Of a stretch of 64,000 bases of DNA, positions 51,577 through 59,361 are shown in pieces. The position numbers and the translations under genes were made by a program. Source of the stretch: a virus; the IMG/VR virus record IMGVR_UViG_3300050013_000065, positions 1 through 64,000 of that record. One strand, given 5' to 3'. The first letter of the stretch is position 1. Each line of letters starts with the position of its first letter. The notes below the pieces were generated by a model that saw only the letters and a program-made list of their open reading frames with translations, ran no database searches and was not told where the DNA came from.

Positions 51577-51690
51577 TCATTTCTTCTTGGTCTTCTTTGC
51601 TTTCTTGGGCTTGGGTTTAGGTTTGGCTCCGTAGTACGTCGCGGTCGTGCTGGGCATTGATGGGCCGGTGGTTACTGAGGCGTTAGGCAT
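51577..51690 (-). CDS. 37-aa Lys-rich peptide MPNASVTTGPSMPSTTATYYGAKPKPKPKKAKKTKKK
   Basis: GAGGA RBS, ATGA overlap with the next ORF. Confidence 0.6.
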   Translation of the reverse strand: MPNASVTTGPSMPSTTATYYGAKPKPKPKKAKKTKKK

Positions 51691-51768
51691 TGGCGAAATC
51701 CTCACATGAGAGTTTGGGCTTCCGGGGACCGCGGTGAGGCGCGGCCCCCTTCAACCGTTTGTTCGAAC
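51688..51768 (-). promoter_or_regulatory. pseudoknot leader RNA, copy 1
   Basis: stem GGGGGCCGCG/CGCGGTCCCC, loop CCTCAC complementary to GTGAGG over the RBS. Confidence 0.6.
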
Positions 51769-51821
51769 ATAGTAGTATTATATCACACTTTCGTGCAATT
51801 GCAACAACTATTTTCGAATTT

Positions 51822-54800
51822 TTACGATGACGACGTTTCTGACTGCAAACGCTGCTTGTTGCGTCCATTATCTGGACGGGTCGATCATTTCTGTCGGCCT
51901 CATACGGTTTCGTTTTCCGTATGGTCGGACTGTTGCATACTCTTTCGAGTCTTCTTCGCTCAGTCTCTCACGGTCTCTTTCGAGTTCCGCCTCGTCACCA
52001 TTTCAGGGTTCGAGTCAATCAGAAGAAGTTTAGGCTCCGCCGCTGCTTTAACGGAGTGTCATCGTGCTTCCCGGCACATGTTACTCATTCTAAACATCTT
52101 AGAACGGAGTAGATCGTTTCCGTCTACTTCATACGGTTTTTGTTTCCCGTATGCTCGGACTATTGCATGTCCATTATCTGGACCCGCTTCGCTTAGTCTC
52201 TCAGCCTGCTTTCGCTTGGCCCTCCTTGGCATTTCAGCGTCGGAGTCAATCAGAAGTGGTTTATACTGCGCCCGTATGTTAACGCAGTGTGTTGGTGTAG
52301 CGCACATTGTAAGAAACCCATCCGCCAATTTGGCGAGCTGGATCGCTCACGCTTCCCTGCTCAGGAGCACTCTGAATAAACAGCTTATAGTTCTTCGAGC
52401 CGTCATTCGGGTTCTTCCCGCGTATGTTACTCATTCTAAACATCTTAGAACGGAGTAGATCGTTTCCGTCTACTTCATGCAGTTACTATTTCTGCATGTC
52501 CAGACTATTGCATCGTCCATTATCTGGACGCCACTTCGCTTAGTCGTTCACGGTCTCTTTCGAGTTCCGCCTCGTCACCATTTCAGGGTTCGAGTCAATC
52601 AGAAGTGGTTTTCCTACGCAGATTACGCTGCGAGGTCCCCGGAGTTAAGGAACACAGAGAAGATAGCATCGTCGCCGAAAATGTAACTATTGTAATACGT
52701 ATTGCCTGAAATAGTCACAGTGGGGGCAGTGGATGTCTGTTTGAAAGTAACACCCGCGAACGAGATGGTATCCTCATTCTTAGGCAGTTCAAACAGCATG
52801 TTGCGCATCTCGTCGCTTCTCTTGATGATGTCCGACAATCCGTTGAAGGAGGTGTCGTTCAAAACATCTCTGACAACATTAGGTAATTTTGTTAATCGGA
52901 GTTTTTACTTCCATCCGTGGTGTTCCGAGATTAGAACGCAGGGTGTTGCCTCGTTCAATAAATCCCCGGTCTCCCATGGGTGACCCACTCCGTACAGGTC
53001 AGTCACCTGATCTGTTTTCTTACAGTCGCCTGTAAGTTCGGACTCTATCTTCGCCGTCCATTTTTCGGACGGGTCCGGCGTATTAGTCTCTACGGGTTTG
53101 CCTTTGCGATTCAATTCTTTACAAAGAGAAATAATCTCATCTCTGCGCTCCATGCTTCCGAATCTATTCAGTTGCACATATTCTAACAACAGAGCCGCTT
53201 GTCTTTGTTTTATCTTCAGATGAGGTATTATGCCCTTCAACAGAACTTCTTTGCTTTCGTTTCCGAGAGCAACCCAGGTCCATTGGTTCTTCCACTTTTT
53301 CTTAGCCATAGGTCTGAAATAAACGGTACCCCCAAATTTCTCCAATAACCAATCTAGAGGTTCTTTGGTGGTAAGACTCATGGATATTCGGGAGTCCCGG
53401 TGTATGTAGGGCTTTCCCTTTGTGGATATAGAACGACCGCGAGATTTTGTTTTGTGAGACGTGGCCGCTATGTGGCCTTCTCCGTCTATTAGTCCCGCTG
53501 CGTACGCAAAATCTACTTCTGAAATAATTGAATCAGGCATCTTCCCTCGGTATTGTCTGGAATTTCACTACAACAAGTCTATCACAAACGACAGAAATTG
53601 TCAACCAGAGATTCACCGATTTAGCCAGATTTTATATCCACCCTATATACGGCTTACGCCGCTTGGTGATAGTTTTGATAATGGATAATTCCACCAAATT
53701 TGTTGTCCACGAGAGGACGAGCGTTGACGCTTACCAGCGACTGAGCAGCAGACCGGATGTTATTCGCGGTCAGATACGAGCCGTTCGCAAGCTGGATGTT
53801 GACCAAGCTATCGACCGCAACAGCCGAGTCAGCGGTAAGCTGGACCAAGGAGTTGAGGGTGAGGGCTAGGCGGTAGTTTAGTTCGTTCCTTTTTGTTACC
53901 GTCCAGATAACGGGCGGGGCTGGTCATTTCTGCCAGCCTCTATACATCGCTGCATAGAGCGGACTATCGCATCACCCCGAAGGGCGTCCTCTTGTTTAGT
54001 CTCTACTGCTGCCCAGCCGAAGCCTGCTTGCAGTCTGTTGTCTCCTTGCGGAGAGTTCCAGCTTAATTAAAGAGGATTTATACTGGCCCATTGGGTTAAG
54101 CCAGATTCTGCAATAAACCCGGGTCATCTATCGCGACATCCAACGCTAGGTCAGATGAATTGATGAAGTCGGCATATTGCCCGCAATGTGTTTAGGCAAC
54201 CAACATCACTGTTGGTGCGCTCTCGCAGTCGCCTACGAGGTCAGACTCTATCATCTGTCCGTTATCCGGACAGGCAACCGTATTAGTCGTTAGGGATATT
54301 CCGCGATGATTTAGTACTCGAAATTTTTTGATAACTTCTCGGGTCTCATCATCAGAAAGATTTCTTCGGTTTCGAAACCAGTCAAGTAGGAGAATAGCTT
54401 GCTCTCGTTTAGTAACCATATAAGGCAAAATAGCTAAGAGAGTAGTTTCCAAGAATCGGGTCGGTAGTACCCAATTTCCTAGTTCACGATGTTCTCTTTT
54501 GGAAGAGCTTACGCTGCCGCCAAACTTTTCAAGAAGGAAATCGAACACTCTCATGTCCGTATTGGGAAGCTGAATCTTGGGGTCGAAAGAACGTTTTGAT
54601 TCATACAAACTCAAAGTTCCTTCGGCGTCTAAAATTCCGGCTAAATATTGATAGTCGTCCTTGCTCGCTGTAACTTCTTCTACATCTCTGTGCATTCTTT
54701 TTACTGGCTCAAAAAATCCGTTCCTAAAAGAAACGTAATCAGACAGTTCTTTTCTAGCATCAGAATTGTGGTAGCTTCTCCCCCCCAATCCAATAAATTG

Positions 54801-56494
54801 AACTATCGTTTCTCCTTGTCTCCGTTTCAACTTCAGAAGAGGGGAAACCATTTTCAATAGATTAAGTTGGTGTTCAGAATTACTCACATACCAATGATGA
54901 TTTGGTTTACGATTTGGACGCTTATCCTGTGTCGTGTAAAATTGTCCTCCGAAAGTATCGGATAGCCATTTTACCGTAGGCAGGTGCGTGGTCGCTACTT
55001 CTACCGTTGCATCATAGTTAATGTAGTTTTGTTCGTGCGGGTGGACTGCTATTCCCAAAGAACCATCGCCGTCTATTAAACCGGCTAGGTAGTTCCATCT
55101 TGCGGGGCTTATTTTTGTCTTATCTTTCAAACGGGTTTCCTCGGTATTGTCTACTCCAACTACTATACTACTACACCAAGTAGTATTTTGTCAAGCAGAT
55201 GTTCACCGATTTAGGCTGCTTTTTCGACCACCGATATATTCATGGTCGCTACGATCTTGTTGCTGGACTCGCTGATGGGCGATCCAACGGTTCCCTCAGC
55301 AGCCTGATTTAGGTTTGCTGCGAGCAGAGCGTAGGTGAAGACTTTTGTGTTTAGGCCGTCAGTATCTCTACTGGGGCGCTCTCATCGTCGCCGATGAGAA
55401 CAGGCTGTATCTTCGGTAGGTTGAGATAACGAATTACATCGCACAACTTCTTGCGGAGTTCCCTATTCGGAGAACTAGGAAGACGAACAAGCTCCAAAGC
55501 GATCTTGGCTTGCGGTCTCTTGATTCTTAGGTAGGGAAGAACTTGGAGGAGGAATTGTTCCCGCCTTTCTTTTCCCGTCAACTCCCAAGTATAAAACTCC
55601 TCGGTGTTGTCGTGGGCCTTTGTCGTATGAAACCAACCTCCGTAGAGATCGAGAAACATTTGGACAAGGGGGCGGTAGTTGTTTCCCATCCGAATTCGTA
55701 GCATCGGTTTATTGTCTGGGGTGAAGGCGGCAGATACGCAACCTTCTCCGTCCATAATTCCGGCTATATACGCATGTGTTAGTTTATCTTCAACTTTTCC
55801 GTCTAGCGTCTCAGTCGTTAGGCATTCCCTGTTCTTCATTCCGCGAATCGTTTCCATAAGCTCTTGGCGTCTGGAAGGATTCTGTGCGTCTCCCAAGCTA
55901 TAGAACTCCTGAAGTACGAGAGCCTCAGCTTTTTTGATGCGAAGATACGGAAGAATGTATGAGAGGAATTCGGGGGCAAACTTTTTGCCGTTGAGGTTCC
56001 ACTGGTACCAAACCTGCCCTTTCTTAGGGGTGTGTTTGGTAAAGAAGCCACCGAAAGTTCTAACCAGCCATTTGACTATCGGCAGATTAGTATTACTCAA
56101 AACAATGCGTGGTTGGTAGTTGGTGCAGGGGCCGTTCGGTTTAACTGTTGGTTTGTAAATCGAAAAGCAACCCTCGGCGTCCATCAGTCCGGCTACGTAT
56201 GCTTTTGTTCGTTCTCTCATAGGGTCTTTGCTCGGTATTGTCTAGTTGACAAGATAAGAATACCACACCAGCATTCTATTGTCAATAGGGTTCCACCGAT
56301 ATAGCTAGATTTTAATTCAGCACTATTCAATACTGAATCTGGTTTCCCTGACGGAGCGGCAGCGGACGCTGCTTCGTCATGCTAAGGAAGGGTGTTTGTG
56401 CCTTCAGGTTAGGAATTGCTTCACGTTCATAGTGAATAGCTACGAGGTTGGGCAAAGCGCCCGAAGTCACAATTGATGCAGGTGAGTAACTCAT
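51822..56494 (-). CDS. major capsid protein, N4-gp56-like, 327 aa, 8 exons: 56494-56332, 55341-55242, 54183-54099, 53887-53681, 52883-52648, 52420-52282, 52074-52051, 51851-51822
   Basis: exons sum to 984 nt with no internal stop; motifs LP..GNQIQF, EG, ATIGQYAD, AIDDP, IIHP....D, AGV.F, IFG.DA, DP.RQ.G.WV.Y; AAAGGAG RBS; directly downstream of the scaffold gene. Confidence 0.92.
51852..52050 (-). mobile_element. group I intron 7 (199 nt, ORF-less)
   Basis: P1 CTCCGT/GCGGAG; in-frame TAA start; compensated P7 GACTG/CAGTC; ends in G. Confidence 0.88.
52075..52281 (-). mobile_element. group I intron 6 (207 nt, ORF-less)
   Basis: P1 ACTGCGT/GCGCAGT; in-frame TAA start; GAGACTA and AATAGTCC; ends in G. 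Confidence 0.88.
52421..52647 (-). mobile_element. group I intron 5 (227 nt, ORF-less)
   Basis: P1 GTTCCT/GGGGAC; ACGACTA and AATAGTCT; ends in G; restores CT+C codon. Confidence 0.88.
52884..53680 (-). mobile_element. group I intron 4 (797 nt) with LAGLIDADG ORF; terminal nucleotide A
   Basis: P1 ATCCAT/GTGGAT; P10 TAGG/CCTA; GAGACTA and AAGATAGAGTCC. Confidence 0.85.
52905..53540 (-). CDS. single-motif LAGLIDADG homing endonuclease (intron 4)
   Basis: YAAGLIDGEG; FGG, IPHLKIK..QA. Confidence 0.92.
   Translation of the reverse strand: MPDSIISEVDFAYAAGLIDGEGHIAATSHKTKSRGRSISTKGKPYIHRDSRISMSLTTKEPLDWLLEKFGGTVYFRPMAKKKWKNQWTWVALGNESKEVLLKGIIPHLKIKQRQAALLLEYVQLNRFGSMERRDEIISLCKELNRKGKPVETNTPDPSEKWTAKIESELTGDCKKTDQVTDLYGVGHPWETGDLLNEATPCVLISEHHGWK
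53888..54098 (-). mobile_element. group I intron 3 (211 nt, ORF-less)
   Basis: P1 CTGGCT/GGCCAG; starts with in-frame TAA; GAGACTA and GATAGTCC; ends in G. Confidence 0.88.
54184..55241 (-). mobile_element. group I intron 2 (1058 nt) with LAGLIDADG ORF
   Basis: P1 CGACCAT/GTGGTCG; P3 GCAGCC/GGTTGC; ACGACTA and GATAGAGTCT; ends in G. Confidence 0.9.
54192..55130 (-). CDS. double-motif LAGLIDADG homing endonuclease (intron 2)
   Basis: YLAGLIDGDG and YLAGILDAEG. Confidence 0.93.
   Translation of the reverse strand: MKDKTKISPARWNYLAGLIDGDGSLGIAVHPHEQNYINYDATVEVATTHLPTVKWLSDTFGGQFYTTQDKRPNRKPNHHWYVSNSEHQLNLLKMVSPLLKLKRRQGETIVQFIGLGGRSYHNSDARKELSDYVSFRNGFFEPVKRMHRDVEEVTASKDDYQYLAGILDAEGTLSLYESKRSFDPKIQLPNTDMRVFDFLLEKFGGSVSSSKREHRELGNWVLPTRFLETTLLAILPYMVTKREQAILLLDWFRNRRNLSDDETREVIKKFRVLNHRGISLTTNTVACPDNGQMIESDLVGDCESAPTVMLVA
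55342..56331 (-). mobile_element. group I intron 1 (990 nt) with LAGLIDADG ORF
   Basis: P1 ATTCAGT/GCTGAAT with U.G; P3 TCTAGC/GCTAGA; ACGACTG and AAGATACAGCC core strands; ends in G. Confidence 0.9.
55351..56220 (-). CDS. double-motif LAGLIDADG homing endonuclease (intron 1)
   Basis: YVAGLMDAEG and YIAGIMDGEG; LPYLRIK twice. Confidence 0.93.
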   Translation of the reverse strand: MRERTKAYVAGLMDAEGCFSIYKPTVKPNGPCTNYQPRIVLSNTNLPIVKWLVRTFGGFFTKHTPKKGQVWYQWNLNGKKFAPEFLSYILPYLRIKKAEALVLQEFYSLGDAQNPSRRQELMETIRGMKNRECLTTETLDGKVEDKLTHAYIAGIMDGEGCVSAAFTPDNKPMLRIRMGNNYRPLVQMFLDLYGGWFHTTKAHDNTEEFYTWELTGKERREQFLLQVLPYLRIKRPQAKIALELVRLPSSPNRELRKKLCDVIRYLNLPKIQPVLIGDDESAPVEILTA

Positions 56495-56521
56495 TTAGAG
56501 ATACTCCTTTGTTGTTAGTTT

Positions 56522-57697
56522 TTAGCGCCGACTTTGAGCACGTGCCCGACGAATAGCATTGAGGGTGTTCGCAACTTCTTCGTCTGTCATGTTCTCAAAA
56601 TCCTCGGCTGAGGGTGCGTTCGGAGACTCCGGAGGTTTGACGGGTGTTACGTCATTCCTGCCAATTCCTAGTGCCGCTCTCGGGCGCGTAACCTGACTTA
56701 CAATCCGTGAGTCGGGACGCGGCGCAGGTGCCGGTTCGTGTTGAACCGCTACCGGCGGAGGGGGTTCCACCGTTTCCGGTGAAGGTGTTTTGGGTTGCCT
56801 TGGTGCCTGAATCATCAAACCATCGTTGTTCAGGTCTTGGAAGGCTTCCTCAAGATTTTCGGCTGTGTAGTTTCCGGTGGAGAGTAGATTATTGAATACC
56901 GCTTCTTCATCTCCCTTTCGGATTGATTCACCGAGTTTGAACTTCGCTAGCCACTGAAGTAGCAGGTTGAAGTTCTGAAAATTTGTGTCCGCATAATAGT
57001 CGGGGTTATTCGCCAAGAAGGTTTTATTTGCCTGCTCGGCAGTAAGCTGATTGGCCGCGTACGATCCTTGCTTTGCTCCCTGCTGGGCGAGGTTCAGGAC
57101 TTGGTCCATAGTCACCCCGCGAGTTTTTTGGAGTAAGAAGTCGTTGGCGGCTGCTGGATCTGACTCCCACAAAGTCCGGTATTCAAAAATCTCGTCTGCG
57201 GTGAGTTGCCGGACAGGAGACGGCTGAGGGGTCTGTGTTTGTGCTACTGGCTTCGCGGGAATAGCTCCGAACTTGATCTTGGCATTCTGCTCCCGAATCT
57301 TCTTGGTAGCATTTGCCTGAGCCTTTAGAACTTCCAGAATCAACTTGTTCTTGGTAGCTCCTTTGTAGACTTGGGCGCTTCCCGCGCAACCTACGACCGA
57401 ACCAACCCACACTCCTTTGTCTTTACTCAGGACTAGTTGGGTACCATCTTCGAGGTCCATTGTTTCTGGTTCTTCTGGTTCCTCGGGGGGTGGGGGCGGA
57501 CCTGCTACAGGAGGAGTCTCGATAATTTCCGGGTCTAGGTTTTCCTGAGATGTGAGAACTGGATCTTGGTCATTAATATCTTCGTCGAGGTTGGGAAGAT
57601 CGGGCATATTCCAATCTACGTTGTTTGCGAATGGGTCGGGGCTTCCGTCAGAGTTCAGGAGCCAGGGGTCAGATACAGGCTTACTCATGTTGTTCAT
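56522..57697 (-). CDS. putative capsid scaffolding protein
   Basis: acidic Pro-rich N-terminus, helical middle, C-terminal FENMTDEE; immediately upstream of the capsid gene. Confidence 0.7.
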   Translation of the reverse strand: MNNMSKPVSDPWLLNSDGSPDPFANNVDWNMPDLPNLDEDINDQDPVLTSQENLDPEIIETPPVAGPPPPPEEPEEPETMDLEDGTQLVLSKDKGVWVGSVVGCAGSAQVYKGATKNKLILEVLKAQANATKKIREQNAKIKFGAIPAKPVAQTQTPQPSPVRQLTADEIFEYRTLWESDPAAANDFLLQKTRGVTMDQVLNLAQQGAKQGSYAANQLTAEQANKTFLANNPDYYADTNFQNFNLLLQWLAKFKLGESIRKGDEEAVFNNLLSTGNYTAENLEEAFQDLNNDGLMIQAPRQPKTPSPETVEPPPPVAVQHEPAPAPRPDSRIVSQVTRPRAALGIGRNDVTPVKPPESPNAPSAEDFENMTDEEVANTLNAIRRARAQSRR

Positions 57698-58028
57698 TCC
57701 TCTTGATATAATCCAATATCAACGGGTAGGTGTTTAAGGAAAAAGTATACGTTATTTCTTAGTGGAATTGTCCATTATTCGGACTTTCAGCCAATGTTTG
57801 TGGAAGTACGAGTTATCCAAGCTTGGCCGGTGGCCCAGGACCAATCACCAACGTACGGCTGCGGGTATCCGGGCCAAGGCTGAATATACGGAGAGGATAG
57901 TGGGTTCTTTCTACCACAACATGGGCAATACCCACAATTGGGGCAAACGTGTTGCGTCTGCTGATTAGGTTCCCCTCCGCACGAAAGTTGTGTATATGTG
58001 CTTGCTTGTCCTACGAGATTCTCGTCCA

Positions 58029-58370
58029 CTACGCCTCCTGCTGTTTCAAAACATCAAGTTTATCTCGGAACCCACTTAAGTACGCCGTGAACTCCGTATC
58101 TGGGTGTAGTGCGAATTCCATTGCATTTTCGAGGTCCTGCTTGAAGAAAGTCTCGAATTGACTCAGGACAGAAAGTCCGGCATGGGAGGCTACTACTGCG
58201 GGGTCTCCCGGCGGAAGAGATCGATGCGCTTGGTCAGTACCATCTACGTAGCTGTGGACAGTATCAAAGATGATCTCCCAGGCTTGGTCTGGTACTGTTC
58301 GTAGAATCCGTCCCCGTTCGTACACATCAATCTTGCCTTCTAGTTCATCGGGGTAGATAATGTCGGTCAC
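58029..58370 (-). CDS. hypothetical protein
   Basis: 113 aa between portal and scaffold. Confidence 0.6.
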   Translation of the reverse strand: MTDIIYPDELEGKIDVYERGRILRTVPDQAWEIIFDTVHSYVDGTDQAHRSLPPGDPAVVASHAGLSVLSQFETFFKQDLENAMEFALHPDTEFTAYLSGFRDKLDVLKQQEA

Positions 58371-58575
58371 GACTGCCCTCCGTACCGCTTAATAAGCCCG
58401 TCGATGTCTACATACCCTTTTTGAGGGGGAGGAGGTGCGGCGGATACTCGGCCCATACGTCCTGTTTTGACTTGGTGGGCTTGGTTGATTAGGTTCTGAA
58501 TCTCGGCGTCCGACATTCGATCATAATCGGTGGCGGGGATAGCGTTGTCTTTAGTACTAAAATTTGGTTGAGTCA

Positions 58576-59361
58576 TTAGTAGTCGTCATCCCTCCAATCG
58601 TCGTAGTCGTACTCTGGCTCGTTTTCTTCCTCTAGTTTTTCCGGAGGGATGATGTCGGTTCTCACACTCCACTCCGGCCCAGAAAAGATTTTCTCTAACG
58701 CTTTCTCAGGGTTCTTGAGGGCTTTGCGGTATTCCCGAACGCCCACAAAAAGTTTATTGATCTGGTCGTCTGAGAGAGCGTCCAGACCTTCCGCCGGGTA
58801 CGCGTAGCCCCCGATAGACTTTCTTTCGTCCTCTACCTTTTGGTAAAGTTCTTCTTGTGTATAGGAGGGGGTGAACTCTTCTTCCGAGTTTTGGGATGTG
58901 GGAAATTGCGTTATTCTCCCGTCCGGCCAGAATCTTGTGCCCGCAGAAGACCATCTATTAAACGAAGGCTTTGCGCGCCATTCCGCGTAATCTTTGTCTT
59001 CCGGGAGGAAAATTCTTTGGCAGACAGTACAGATTCCAACAGCCGCACCCGTATCCAAAGTGTGCCAGACGATGCTCGTCCTTCCAAAGGTATCTTGCAT
59101 TTCGCTTAGAGGATTACAGCCAGCAACGTGGGGGCAGTTGTCTTGCTCGTCTTTCTTGTAACGCTCTTGTCTTTCTCGTAATTCTTTCGCTAGTTTTCTA
59201 AACGTAGATTCACGAGTTTCTTCTTCCAGGAGCGCCTGCGCTTTTCTCTTGAATTCTTTCAGAAAATCCTCTAGTGCGGAAAGAAGAGGCTGTAACAAAT
59301 CTTCTAACTTTTGGGCCATCGTGTCTCCTGCATCAATCCGATGCCTCGGGGGTTTGTCCAT
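58576..59361 (-). CDS. hypothetical protein with Cys/His domain (paralogue of 45643-46251)
   Basis: CPHVAG..IVWH..GICTVC. Confidence 0.7.
   Translation of the reverse strand: MDKPPRHRIDAGDTMAQKLEDLLQPLLSALEDFLKEFKRKAQALLEEETRESTFRKLAKELRERQERYKKDEQDNCPHVAGCNPLSEMQDTFGRTSIVWHTLDTGAAVGICTVCQRIFLPEDKDYAEWRAKPSFNRWSSAGTRFWPDGRITQFPTSQNSEEEFTPSYTQEELYQKVEDERKSIGGYAYPAEGLDALSDDQINKLFVGVREYRKALKNPEKALEKIFSGPEWSVRTDIIPPEKLEEENEPEYDYDDWRDDDY

Noticed and set aside
51683-53869. Track ORFs such as 51706-52458(+), 52059-52328, 52623-52862 and 53654-53848 as independent genes
   Set aside because: They are antisense or intron read-through artefacts, or pieces of capsid exons 4 and 5.
52905-56220. LAGLIDADG ORFs as inteins or free-standing genes
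   Set aside because: They have their own starts and stops, lack intein termini and lie within P1-to-terminal group I structures.
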